Notes under the pieces: generated by a model | What the model was told of the DNA's origin: nothing | Seen by the model: the letters and a program-made list of their open reading frames with translations, nothing else | Databases searched by the model: none | Translations under genes and position numbers: made by a program | Shown: piece by piece, positions 37,341 to 47,404 of the stretch | Numbering within the stretch: the first letter of the stretch is position 1 | Layout of the letters: each line of letters opens with the position of its first letter | Assembly (NCBI GenBank): GCA_026967815.1 | Contig: JAPUUO010000002.1 | Span: forward strand, 1-53,782 | DNA from: Candidatus Bathyarchaeota archaeon | GTDB lineage: Archaea > Thermoproteota > Bathyarchaeia > Bathyarchaeales > Bathyarchaeaceae | Direction: 5' to 3' | Length of the DNA: 53,782 bases

Positions 37341-37461
37341 CACAGGCGCGCGTGCAAAACGTGAACTCTCCTTTCTCTCTCCCTCCGCGCGCGCCACTCT
37401 TCCCTAGTAACCTTTCAGCTGACAGGAACATCAAGCAAAAGAGCACAGGCTGCGCGTGCAA
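37341..37461. repeat. Near-identical intergenic direct repeat CACAGGC(T)GCGCGTGCAA
   Basis: CACAGGCGCGCGTGCAA at 37341-37357 and CACAGGCTGCGCGTGCAA at 37444-37461. Confidence 0.6.
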
Positions 37462-37541
37462 TCCTTCATAAAGGAAGGACTAAAGAATTAGTCAACTACT
37501 AAAATATCAGAATAAAGTAGGAGCATGCAGCAGAGCTTCAA

Positions 37542-39218
37542 TTAGAATATAGTTGGTGCCTTATACTCTCCGTAAACAGTTTTTAGTGCGTCGCAGATTT
37601 CTCCAAGAGTAGCCTGCCTTTTTACAGCGACGATGACGGTTGGCAAGAGATTTTCGTTGCCTTCAGCCGCGTGATGTAGCTGATCTAAGGCATTCTTCAC
37701 TTCATGGTTGTTCCTTTTTCTCTTAATCATGTTCAGTTTCTCAATTTGACGCTCTTCGATAGCTGGGTCAACTCGCAAAATCGTGATAGGTTCTTCCTTT
37801 GCAATGGTGAACTTGTTTACGCCAACAGCTATCTTCTCTTTACTTTCCACTTCTTTTTGATATCGATAGGCACTTTCCACAATCTCTCTTTGCATGTAGC
37901 CTTTTTCGATGGCTGCAGTTGCGCCTCCTAGGCTGTCAATCTTCTCGATGTAGCGGGTTGCTTCTTCTTCAATCTGACTGGTCAAATATTCGATATAGTA
38001 GGATCCTGCGAGCGGGTCAACCGTGTCTGCCACTCCACTTTCATAGGCAATAATCTGCTGGGTTCGCAACGCAATTCTCACTGCCTCCTCACTTGGCAAG
38101 GCAAAGGCTTCGTCAAAAGAATTTGTATGTAATGATTGAGTGCCGCCTAGCGCGGCAGCCAAGGCTTGAAGCGTAACTCGTACGATGTTGTTGTGAGGCT
38201 GCTGAGCTGTTAGAGTGACGCCAGAAGTTTGCGTATGATATCGTAATCGCCATGCATCTGGGTGTTTGGCTTTGAATCTTTCACGCATGATTTTTGCCCA
38301 AAGTCGACGCGCAGCTCGGAACTTGGCGATCTCTTCAAGAAAGTTATTTTGTGCAGCAAAGAAAAAGGAAAGCCGTCTAGCGAATTCGTCGAGGTCAAGG
38401 CCCTTTTCTATGGCGGCTTGAACATAGGCTATGCCATTGGCTAAAGTAAATGCTATTTCCTGCGTAGCCGTGGCTCCAGCCTCCCGTATGTGGTAGCCAC
38501 TTATGCTTATGGTATTCCATCTAGGCATGTTTTTGGAGCAATATTCGAATATGTCAGTAACCAGTTTCATAGATAGTCGAGGTGGAAATATGTACATTCC
38601 TCGAGCAACGTATTCTTTCAGTATGTCGTTTTGAATTGTGCCGCCTAGTTGAGCTTGAGCTACACTCTGTTTTTGAGCCAGTGCGACGTACATTGCCAAC
38701 AGAACTTGGGCTGGGGCATTTATGGTCATGGAAGTCGTAACCTTGTCTAAAGGTATGCTGTCAAACAAGGTTTCCATGTCCTGCAAAACGCTTATGTTTA
38801 CCCCAGCTTTTCCAACTTCGCCTCTGGACAATGGATGGTCACAGTCATATCCTATTTGAGTTGGATAATCAAAGGCGACGCTAAGCCCAGTTTGACCCTG
38901 CTGGAGCAAGTACCTAAACCGCAGATTGGTCTGCTCTGCTGTGCCAAACCCTGCGTATTGACGCATGGTCCATAGGCGACCACGATACATTGTTGGGTAA
39001 ACGCCACGAGTATAAGGATACTCGCCTGGGAAACCTAGGTCTCGAGTGTAATCGAAATCTCGAACATCAAGTGGAGTATAAACTCTTTCAAGTGCAACGT
39101 TTGAACTCGTGACAAAAAGCTTCTTTCGTTCCGGAAACCTCGCGAGAGCCTTTTCTGAAGCCTTTTTCCAAGCCTTTTCCCGTTGCTCAATCTCTTTCAG
39201 CTTTTGTTCAGTAAACAT
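37542..39218 (-). CDS. Methylmalonyl-CoA mutase family, substrate-binding (large) subunit
   Basis: [52 protein letters not shown]; no B12-binding domain. Confidence 0.95.
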   Translation of the reverse strand: MFTEQKLKEIEQREKAWKKASEKALARFPERKKLFVTSSNVALERVYTPLDVRDFDYTRDLGFPGEYPYTRGVYPTMYRGRLWTMRQYAGFGTAEQTNLRFRYLLQQGQTGLSVAFDYPTQIGYDCDHPLSRGEVGKAGVNISVLQDMETLFDSIPLDKVTTSMTINAPAQVLLAMYVALAQKQSVAQAQLGGTIQNDILKEYVARGMYIFPPRLSMKLVTDIFEYCSKNMPRWNTISISGYHIREAGATATQEIAFTLANGIAYVQAAIEKGLDLDEFARRLSFFFAAQNNFLEEIAKFRAARRLWAKIMRERFKAKHPDAWRLRYHTQTSGVTLTAQQPHNNIVRVTLQALAAALGGTQSLHTNSFDEAFALPSEEAVRIALRTQQIIAYESGVADTVDPLAGSYYIEYLTSQIEEEATRYIEKIDSLGGATAAIEKGYMQREIVESAYRYQKEVESKEKIAVGVNKFTIAKEEPITILRVDPAIEERQIEKLNMIKRKRNNHEVKNALDQLHHAAEGNENLLPTVIVAVKRQATLGEICDALKTVYGEYKAPTIF

Positions 39219-39359
39219 TCCAATCCGCCACTTTCCAGTGTAGAAAAGCTAATTAGGCGTATGATTTAGAGTTTTGCATGTTTGTCTCGAAGTGTAAACG
39301 CCAAAGGATTTTAACCGTCTAAGATTAAGTGTGATTAAAGCTTAGTTAGGTGAGCAAAG

Positions 39360-40478
39360 TTGCCTTCTCGAATTGCAGTTGAACTGCTCGATTGTTTGAA
39401 GCAGATAAAGCCCAGGGAATTTAGGGTCGTGGTTATGCCCGACTTTTTCCTAGACCGTCTAGTAACCTACAATGGTGATACCGAAGAGTTCGCTAAGACT
39501 ATAGCTGGAATTGCAAAGCGAAAAGGGGGAAGTCTCCATGGAATTAAACAAATGGAGTTGAGAGGTGGAAACGCAGCTAACACAGCAGCAGCTTTGGCTA
39601 AGCTTGGTGCTAAAGTTAGTCCCATAATCAATACGAGCCAGTTAGGTCTTCATTTGCTCAAATTTTATCTAGAACCTCTAGGTGTGGACCTTTCTCACGT
39701 GAAAACTCGAGGCGACATGGCGCTTACAACTGCCCTCGAACTTCGCAAAGAAGGCGAAAGAGTAAATGTTATGATGAGCACATTGGGTTCTTTACCAGAC
39801 TTCGGCATAAACAGCTTAAAAAAAGAAGATTACGAAGCATTACAACAAGCAGATTACGTTTGCGTATTCAATTGGACTTGCACCCGTCGCTTCGGAACAG
39901 AGCTAGCTGACGAAGTTTTTCGTTATGTGAAAGAAAATGGGAAGGGCAAAACCTACTATGACACGTCAGATCCAACGCCCAACGTGGAAGCCATATCAAA
40001 CCTTATGAACAGGGTTCTTTTGGGAAGCCATATCGATGTTTTAAGTGTTAACGACAACGAAGCTTTCTGGTACGCATCTCAATTAAGCGAAAATGCTGAT
40101 GTTCTCCGTCAAAAATTGAAGCCGGACGAACTAGCTATAGAATGCGCAAGAACCTTAGCCAAGCACCTTTCAGCCCAGATAGACCTTCACACAACAACAT
40201 TCGCAGGTTCATTCACACAGAAAAAAGAAGTAGTAGTCCCAGCTTTCAAGGTTCACGCTTTAAGGTCTACTGGAGCTGGAGACTCTTGGAATGCTGGCAA
40301 CATTTTCGGCGATGCTTTAAACCTTCCAAACGCTTCCAGGTTAACTTTAGCCAACGCTGTAGCTGCGTACTATGTTGCAAGCCCCGCTGCTGAGCATCCG
40401 ACACTGCCCCAACTAATAAAATTCTGTTCCAAACACCAGACGTTTTGGCGACTGCACAATTTGAAATGCAACGACTAA
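39360..40478 (+). CDS. PfkB/ribokinase family carbohydrate kinase
   Basis: GGNAANTA and TGAGDSWNAG signatures. Confidence 0.88.
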   Translation: MPSRIAVELLDCLKQIKPREFRVVVMPDFFLDRLVTYNGDTEEFAKTIAGIAKRKGGSLHGIKQMELRGGNAANTAAALAKLGAKVSPIINTSQLGLHLLKFYLEPLGVDLSHVKTRGDMALTTALELRKEGERVNVMMSTLGSLPDFGINSLKKEDYEALQQADYVCVFNWTCTRRFGTELADEVFRYVKENGKGKTYYDTSDPTPNVEAISNLMNRVLLGSHIDVLSVNDNEAFWYASQLSENADVLRQKLKPDELAIECARTLAKHLSAQIDLHTTTFAGSFTQKKEVVVPAFKVHALRSTGAGDSWNAGNIFGDALNLPNASRLTLANAVAAYYVASPAAEHPTLPQLIKFCSKHQTFWRLHNLKCND

Positions 40479-41671
40479 GTTGATGCCAACTTTAGCATTT
40501 GTTTCTCCAAAATCCTCAAAGTTCCAAGGCGTTCTGTAACTTCATATTTCAATATCTGAAAGGTCTCGGAAGCCACTGGGTTGCGACCATGAAGAACAGC
40601 CAGATACATGCTTATCACATCGAGTGTAAACATAAGCGAGAAAATTTTGCCCAGCGGCGTTTTGCCTTGGGGATCCATTTCAATCACTGATTTAGCCTTT
40701 TGTAAGAAAAACTTCTCTTTCAGAGCGTCGATTCTGGCTTTAACTTCTAAGGGTTCTATCTCTAAATCTCGTAGCAAGACCAGAGTATAACGTTTCAAAA
40801 TGCTTTCTGGTGCTTCCCAGCCCATAATCTCGTTGTGGTTGAGCTCAGGGAAAACGTCGCATCTTGCTGGAAGCTTGCAGTTTTCGTTAACTTGGTCTTT
40901 AAAGCGTAGACCCACACTTTTGTAGGGGTTGTAGCAGTAGACAATTGGTACGGTTCCGTAGATTTCGAGAGCAACCTTCTTTGCGAGATTCTTCTCCTTG
41001 GACACCCTAATAGCCAGCTCTCCTGCCAATTTGTCAACTACATCAATAGCATCGCTCATTTCTCTTTCAACCCTTCTCATTGAAAGAATCCCCACCTCAG
41101 CAAGCAAGTAGGGAAGGGGAGCAAACAAGTAAGGCAAGGAAGCCCTAGCAGCTGCCATTTCTGGCAATTCAATTAGAGGGAATCCTAGAGTTTGTGCTAC
41201 TCTTGCTAAGGCACCATTAGACGATATTGATACGATTTGGCAACCCTTTTTTACAGCATCATACATACAACTTAAAGTCTCTTCGGTATTGCCAGAATAG
41301 CTTATAAAAAACACAAGGGACTTCTCATTTAGATATGCTGGAAGATGATAGCCTCGAACAGTTTCCATAGGAACGGTGATTTCGTGCCCAACCCAGTCCT
41401 TCAAAACGTCTCCTACGATTGCTGAACCGCCCATGCCAGCTAATACGATGTTTTCCACATTTTTATAGCGGATAGTGCGACGTCCAACTCTTACGCTCTC
41501 AGGCAATCTAAAAGCTTTAACATTCGCCACTGCTTTCCTCAGGTTCTGCGGGAAATCAAACTCGTCTTTGAATAAGCCACTTCGATCTAAAACTAGAATA
41601 GCCTCTTTATCATCTAGAATTTCTGCTTCTGTTCTTGACATACGTTTCATCCTCAGCTTGTCAATTATCAC
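40475..41671 (-). CDS. Bifunctional phosphoglucose/phosphomannose isomerase
   Basis: AGMGGSAI, SYSGNTEETL, NENCK, PELNHNEI; start may be the ATG at 41641. Confidence 0.93.
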   Translation of the reverse strand: MIIDKLRMKRMSRTEAEILDDKEAILVLDRSGLFKDEFDFPQNLRKAVANVKAFRLPESVRVGRRTIRYKNVENIVLAGMGGSAIVGDVLKDWVGHEITVPMETVRGYHLPAYLNEKSLVFFISYSGNTEETLSCMYDAVKKGCQIVSISSNGALARVAQTLGFPLIELPEMAAARASLPYLFAPLPYLLAEVGILSMRRVEREMSDAIDVVDKLAGELAIRVSKEKNLAKKVALEIYGTVPIVYCYNPYKSVGLRFKDQVNENCKLPARCDVFPELNHNEIMGWEAPESILKRYTLVLLRDLEIEPLEVKARIDALKEKFFLQKAKSVIEMDPQGKTPLGKIFSLMFTLDVISMYLAVLHGRNPVASETFQILKYEVTERLGTLRILEKQMLKLAST

Positions 41672-41855
41672 TCAAATCTTGCGTTTCACAGCTTCTGCCT
41701 TTCTTTTCTCTTAGACTTCAGCCTAAATAGCTTTTTGAACAAATCAATGCTTTCACTAGTTTGATTTATGCCTCTTCGACCGAAAACCCGCGCGTGCATA
41801 GCTTATTTGGCAGCAGATAGAAAGCTTTCTGCTTTAAAACATGTAAAGGTTAAGC

Positions 41856-42311
41856 TTACGTTTTCTCCATGGGCTTTGCTATTTGGGCATAATATTCTTG
41901 AGCAATCTTTAGAGCCTTTTCTGCGTTTGTCTTTTTGGAGTAATATGCGAAGACTTTTTTGTATTCTACATTTGACTCTAGTTCTGAACATTTTGTGAAG
42001 AGCTTCTGGACTTGCGCCAGTTTTCCTTCGTATAGAGCTAGTTCTCCAGCTGCTTGATAATTGATTCGCGCCCTTAGAAATTCTTTCTGTTTCTCAAAAT
42101 CCTGGGCTTTTCCAATGAAAGAGTCTATTCCTTCTTCATACAGCTTTGAAGGATCGATAAGTATTGTATGGGTTAATGTAGACAGAAGCTCAGCGTCACC
42201 TCCGCATAGCTCTTCTAGCAAAGACCTCTCACTAGATTTGGGTGTCTTTCCTTTCTTCTCTTCCTTTTTCTCGACTTTCTTCTTTTTCCCGAAAATTCCC
42301 AGAGGTGTCAT
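41856..42311 (-). CDS. Hypothetical helical (TPR-like) protein
   Basis: 151-aa ORF with Lys-rich N-terminus and ARINYQAAGELALYEG helical repeat. Confidence 0.7.
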   Translation of the reverse strand: MTPLGIFGKKKKVEKKEEKKGKTPKSSERSLLEELCGGDAELLSTLTHTILIDPSKLYEEGIDSFIGKAQDFEKQKEFLRARINYQAAGELALYEGKLAQVQKLFTKCSELESNVEYKKVFAYYSKKTNAEKALKIAQEYYAQIAKPMEKT

Positions 42312-42427
42312 GTGCGCTTATTAATGGGGCAGAAATAAAAGCGTTTCTACTCAGCCCGTGATTACACAACAACAAATGAAAAACCATTTTAACAACGCCG
42401 ACAAATAAATGCCAAGGTGAAAGAAGG

Positions 42428-42850
42428 TTGTCGGTGGCTCAGAGAAAGTTCTTCGGAGAAATTGGAACTTTGCTTGATAAGCTAGTTATGGTTGTAACTA
42501 TGAATGGAAAGTCTTATACAGGAAACCTTGTTGGCATAAACCCAGACACGTTAAGTCTCTGCTTGGCTGAAGCTAAAGATGAAAAGGGACATGTTATAAA
42601 TAGAGTGGTCTTGAACGGCAGCGTAGTTTCTCAAATCCTTGCCATAGAAAAGCCCTTTGACCTCAAAGCCCTGTCTGAACGACTGGGAAAAGTCTTCCCA
42701 ACAATGGTTAGGATATACGAGGACAAGGGCTTCATCTGGGTTATGGACAAGATTAAGGTTACAGAGAAAGGTGTAGTGGAGGGCACAGGACCCGCCGCAG
42801 AAAGGGTTCAAAAAGTTTATGCCCAGTTTATCAGCGAAATGAAAGGCTAA
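42428..42850 (+). CDS. Lsm family RNA-binding protein with C-terminal domain (SmAP3 type)
   Basis: Sm1 GKSYTGNLVG, Sm2 VVLNGSVV, followed by an extra ~60-aa domain (VTEKGVVEGTGPAAER). Confidence 0.88.
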   Translation: MSVAQRKFFGEIGTLLDKLVMVVTMNGKSYTGNLVGINPDTLSLCLAEAKDEKGHVINRVVLNGSVVSQILAIEKPFDLKALSERLGKVFPTMVRIYEDKGFIWVMDKIKVTEKGVVEGTGPAAERVQKVYAQFISEMKG

Positions 42851-43602
42851 ATGTGCCAGCGAAACCGCGAGTTCTCTTTTCTTTCTTCTTCTCTTGGTTG
42901 AGCACTTAGACCAAACGATTCAAGAATTTTCCGAGTCGTCTCCACAGCTAAGTTTAGTCGAGTTAAGTCTATCTCTAGATGCAACATTTTACTAATCGCC
43001 CTTAAGACTTCTCGAGCTGCAGAGGCATCCGGATAATAGCCAGGAGTTTCAGCGAGGAGACAATAGCCTTTCATGCCTCGAAGTTTGCTTAATCCAACGA
43101 GAAGCCCAGCTACACCGAAAATTTGTCCTTCAATTATTTTCGCGCCCAAATTAGATGCATCTTTCAATGCTTCGAGATCTGATGCTGCACAATAAACCGT
43201 CGGGGGGGTGCCAACCTTTTCTTCTCTTCTTAAACCGCCTAATGTTACAATGTAGCGACATCCCAATTTGTCGGCAATGTCTAATACTCGACCGCACAGT
43301 TCGTATTGCCCAACTGTGGTCAAGGCTTGAGTGTTGCCATAAAGGATGATAAGGTCGCGTTCTCCATCCTGCGTTTTATGATAATAGAGCTCGTTTGTTG
43401 GAAACCGTGCATTGCCGTTTTCAGCTGTAATTGCGAAGTCTTGGAATGAAGAAGAGCGAATTTCTGCGAAACGTTTGGCTTTTAACTCTTGTATTATGTG
43501 TAATGCGGCGATGTTGGCGACAAACCCGATGCCTGGCAGACCCTCAATTAGAACTGGGTTAGTTAAGGCAGGTTTTTCATATGTTTTGATGATGCATGTC
43601 AT
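42847..43602 (-). CDS. PAC2 family protein
   Basis: IEGLPGIGFVA, GNTQ, AETPGYYPDA. Confidence 0.9.
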   Translation of the reverse strand: MTCIIKTYEKPALTNPVLIEGLPGIGFVANIAALHIIQELKAKRFAEIRSSSFQDFAITAENGNARFPTNELYYHKTQDGERDLIILYGNTQALTTVGQYELCGRVLDIADKLGCRYIVTLGGLRREEKVGTPPTVYCAASDLEALKDASNLGAKIIEGQIFGVAGLLVGLSKLRGMKGYCLLAETPGYYPDASAAREVLRAISKMLHLEIDLTRLNLAVETTRKILESFGLSAQPREEERKENSRFRWHI

Positions 43603-43798
43603 GGTAGAGGTTCCTCTAGGCTGGCATATTAGGGAACGACTGTCCTTATAAGCATCGTCAAGGACCCTCAGACAGTGTGTAGAGGCACCTCTCAGTTAGA
43701 CTAACAGCAGTTGAAGGCTCATTCAAGAGTGGCACATACACGCCTTTAAAGAAATCCGAACGTAAAACAAGATGAGAGAATTTTCGATTTCAGCAGTT

Positions 43799-44953
43799 CT
43801 ATTGTGTAACAGAGTGATACCAACTGATTATGTATTCTGGCAGTTTCAGGCCCCTTTCACTCAATCTTTCAGCTAATTTAACTGGCAAAGGACTCAAAAC
43901 GTAGGCTGCTCTCATATAAAACCTTCTAGGCTGGCCTATCTTGACTGTTTCTTTTAAGGTTATTTGGAAATCTGACTTTTCGGCTAAAGTTGACTTTTTT
44001 GTTCCTGTGATTGACAAGACAAGACCATTCAGCTTTTTGAAGACGTCACACCAGACGATAACAGGTTTAGTTTCGCCAGAAAATGACACCAAGATCTCGA
44101 GGTCCCCAGCTCTTGGATGTGGGGTGTTCACGCCTCTGGCTGTATAGACGTTGTCTCCCATGAACCCTTTGATGTGGAAAAGCCTTATCGCAGTCATCTT
44201 GGCGATTTCATTTCCTGTCCCCCTACCGCCCAGAAACACGTTGGTTCGCTTTTCCAATATATCAACGAGATGCGTGTATGTTTCGGACTCTAAATTCGAG
44301 TCGATTATGGACCCCAGCTTGGAGAATTCTTCCTCGCAGAGTTTAAACACTCCGTCTACCTGTAGATTTCGAAAGATTGCTTCGGTCATCATGCACAGAA
44401 GGAGCAGGCTTCCAAGCTCAAACACGTCGCCCATGATACCTATCTCGCTGTATTCAAAGGAGGGCTTCGATCTTCCTCGCCCTCTCAACCCAACTACGTT
44501 CCCATGCTCTTGAACTATACGGGCAAGCGGAGAGTTTATATTCGAGGTTACAAGACCCATAGAAAACTTTGATGTTTTTTTGTCCTCAATGTATCTTGCC
44601 AAATCTTGCGCCATTGCCTTCGGATCATCAGAGAGGCCACTACCAGAGTTTATCAAGAGCAGAATCTTTTTATATCGTCTTTCAAGTTCGGCCGCTGCAT
44701 CGTACATGCTTTTCCCAGGAAAGCCAGGGTCGTCCGGAGTCAATACAACTTTGTTTCTCCAGCCTGTCTGGCTCATTGCGATTTGGCTCATCGCAGCGTT
44801 CAAAGAGTACAGTGACCTGCCCGATCCGCTGCAGACGACGCAGTTGGCTGATTTCAGGTCTTCATACAGAGGCAGCAGCTTTCTTCTTTTTATGTTGAGA
44901 AGGTTGTCTCTGATCCGGTTAACGTACCCTACACGGCTGATCTTGCTTCTAAT
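43799..44953 (-). CDS. Tandem SIS-domain sugar-phosphate isomerase-like protein (Phi/HxlB-like); probable ATT start
   Basis: CVVCSGSGRS, INSGSG, FLGGRGTG, VSFSGETK motifs. The frame is open upstream of 44803 to an ATT at 44953, 7 nt after GAGGTGA. Confidence 0.8.
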   Translation of the reverse strand: MRSKISRVGYVNRIRDNLLNIKRRKLLPLYEDLKSANCVVCSGSGRSLYSLNAAMSQIAMSQTGWRNKVVLTPDDPGFPGKSMYDAAAELERRYKKILLLINSGSGLSDDPKAMAQDLARYIEDKKTSKFSMGLVTSNINSPLARIVQEHGNVVGLRGRGRSKPSFEYSEIGIMGDVFELGSLLLLCMMTEAIFRNLQVDGVFKLCEEEFSKLGSIIDSNLESETYTHLVDILEKRTNVFLGGRGTGNEIAKMTAIRLFHIKGFMGDNVYTARGVNTPHPRAGDLEILVSFSGETKPVIVWCDVFKKLNGLVLSITGTKKSTLAEKSDFQITLKETVKIGQPRRFYMRAAYVLSPLPVKLAERLSERGLKLPEYIISWYHSVTQ

Positions 44954-45103
44954 CTCACTTTCACCTCATTCAAGAAATTCTTCCAGCAAATTAGATTCTA
45001 GACTATAACGAAATATCAACTATTAGGTATTTACCTATTTTTGCGGTCTGCACATTAAAGACATAAGTGGAATATTAGAGTATGTCATGAGGGATACAAC
45101 TTT

Positions 45104-46732
45104 ATGTCCTTTGAAATCAGAGACAGAGATCTTCTCGCCAGACTCGGCAAAATAAAAACTAAAAGCGGAATATTGGAGACACCATCGTTATTGCCAGTAA
45201 TTAATCCAGCGGTCCAGCCGATTCCACCCAAGAAAATGAGTGAACTGCTTAACTGTAAGGCACTCATAACTAACGCTTACATCATAAAGAAGCACTTTGA
45301 GAACAAAGCCATTCATAAGGGCATCCATGATCTGCTGGATTTTGACGGAGTTTTAATGACAGACTCTGGAGCATACCAGATTCTGGTATATGGAGACATT
45401 AAAACCAGCCCAGAAGAAATCGTGAGGTATCAAGAGGAGATTAACACAGATATTGCCACGATATTGGATGTGCCAACTGGATGGGAAGTTTCAAGAGAAT
45501 ATGCTAAACAAACTGTTAAGAAGACCTTAAAAAGAGCTAAGGAATTGTCAAAGATGAAGACTCGAGATGACATTGTTTGGGTTGGACCAGTTCAAGGCGG
45601 AAACTATCTTGACTTGGTGGCAAAATCAGCTAAGGAAATGGGAAAGTTGCCATTTGAAATTCATGCTCTTGGAAGCCCAACGCCAGTTTTGGAGCAATAC
45701 CTCTTCGGCACACTTGTTGATATGATTTTTACGGCAAAGATGAATTTGCCCCTTGACCGTCCGCTTCATCTTTTTGGAGCTGGACATCCCTTCATGTTTG
45801 CGCTAGCTGTGGCCTTAGGCTGTGATCTCTTCGATTCAGCTGCTTATGCAATCTACGCTCGAAAAGACCGTTATATGACGGAATACGGAACTGCAAACTT
45901 GGGAAAACTCGCATATTTTCCGTGTTCTTGCCCCGTATGCTCTGGCAATGACCCGAAGAAACTGAGGGAAACGCCGAAAGGCGAAAGAGAGAAACTGCTT
46001 GCTCAGCATAACCTCAATGTTTGCTTCTCTGAAATAAGGCGGATACGACAAGCTGTCGTCGAGGGTAGACTTTGGGAATATCTAGAAACGAGGGCATATG
46101 GGCATCCTTCTCTACTTCAAGCTTTGAAGAGACTAAGGAAATATGAGGACTACCTCGAGAGAAGCAGTCCAGTAACTAAGAGGAGGGGACTTTTCTTTTT
46201 CAGTTCAGCTGGATTAACTCGTCCTGAAATTGTTCGCCATAGAAAAAGGCTTTCGGAAAGCTATTTGCCGCCTAGAGGGGCAAAGATTCTAGTTTTGCTG
46301 CCTCAAACTAGGACCAAGCCGTTTCACAAGTCGGAGGAGCAAAGAAGGCTAGACAAGGCGATTCAACATAAGATAGGGACGAGAGCACGCAGAATTCACA
46401 TCTGCACCTATGCTGCACCTTTTGGAGTGGTGCCTGTCGAAATCGACGAAATATATCCGCTTTCTCAATATGAAAGCACCGATTCCTTCGATGCTGAAAC
46501 AATTGACTACGTTGCAGAACAAGTTGAGAATTACATAATGAAAACAAACTACGATAGAGTCATACTGCTACAAAGATCAGAAACATGGAAGGGAAAAATA
46601 GCAGCTGTATGTAAAAGAGCTTGCACGAAAAGAAGTCTGCCCCTAACCACGTTCAAGATGAGACGCCTATGGAGTGAGAATGAATTAGACGAAATCTTGG
46701 CAGTAATACAGGAAGCTGTTTGTGTAAAATGA
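45104..46732 (+). CDS. tgtA: Archaeosine tRNA-guanine(15) transglycosylase
   Basis: ETPSLLPVINP, MTDSGAYQ, LDVPT, HLFGAGHP, DLFDSAAY, CSCPVC; no PUA domain. Confidence 0.95.
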   Translation: MSFEIRDRDLLARLGKIKTKSGILETPSLLPVINPAVQPIPPKKMSELLNCKALITNAYIIKKHFENKAIHKGIHDLLDFDGVLMTDSGAYQILVYGDIKTSPEEIVRYQEEINTDIATILDVPTGWEVSREYAKQTVKKTLKRAKELSKMKTRDDIVWVGPVQGGNYLDLVAKSAKEMGKLPFEIHALGSPTPVLEQYLFGTLVDMIFTAKMNLPLDRPLHLFGAGHPFMFALAVALGCDLFDSAAYAIYARKDRYMTEYGTANLGKLAYFPCSCPVCSGNDPKKLRETPKGEREKLLAQHNLNVCFSEIRRIRQAVVEGRLWEYLETRAYGHPSLLQALKRLRKYEDYLERSSPVTKRRGLFFFSSAGLTRPEIVRHRKRLSESYLPPRGAKILVLLPQTRTKPFHKSEEQRRLDKAIQHKIGTRARRIHICTYAAPFGVVPVEIDEIYPLSQYESTDSFDAETIDYVAEQVENYIMKTNYDRVILLQRSETWKGKIAAVCKRACTKRSLPLTTFKMRRLWSENELDEILAVIQEAVCVK

Positions 46733-47331
46733 TGACAAGGGTAGATCCTCACTTACACACGAGATTTTCAGGAGACTCGATGATCAGTCCCAAGTTTATT
46801 GTTGAGAAACTTCATGCTCACTCTTTCATTAAAGCTGTGGCCATAACCGATCACAACACTATGCAAGGCTACGCTGAAGTGCGCAGGCTCGCCGCTTCTT
46901 ATCGAGATTTAACAATCATTCCCGGAGTAGAAATGTCAACCCGTTCTGGAGACTTCATCTTACTGGGCGTTGAAGAAGAACCCTCATACACTTCTACAGT
47001 ATGGGAAGCAGCTGACTTTGCCAAAGCACGAGGAGGAGTCATCGTTATACCGCATCCATACCGCATAGGTGGGATAGGTGACCTAGCAGAGAAGATACCT
47101 GCCGATGCAATAGAAGTCATAAATCCTACAGCAACCAAAAGAGAGAATAAGATGGCACAAGAATTAGCCAAAATGAAAAATCTGCCAGGCATTGCTGGGA
47201 GCGACGCCCATGTACCATTGCAGATGTGGACCGCATATACAGAGGTGAGCGCAGACTTGGATATCGATGAGATTCTAAAAGCTATCAGAAAGGGATGGGT
47301 GAAGCCAGTCTTGGCAGATGCCATGATTTAA
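46729..47331 (+). CDS. PHP domain metal-dependent phosphoesterase
   Basis: DPHLHT, AITDHN, PGVE, PHPY, GSDAH. Confidence 0.92.
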   Translation: MMTRVDPHLHTRFSGDSMISPKFIVEKLHAHSFIKAVAITDHNTMQGYAEVRRLAASYRDLTIIPGVEMSTRSGDFILLGVEEEPSYTSTVWEAADFAKARGGVIVIPHPYRIGGIGDLAEKIPADAIEVINPTATKRENKMAQELAKMKNLPGIAGSDAHVPLQMWTAYTEVSADLDIDEILKAIRKGWVKPVLADAMI

Positions 47332-47404
47332 ATGTTTGATTACCTAATCTTTGAGGGAAAAACTGGAAGTTCACGAGTATTTGTGGATGGTGTAAACTAT
47401 TTCG

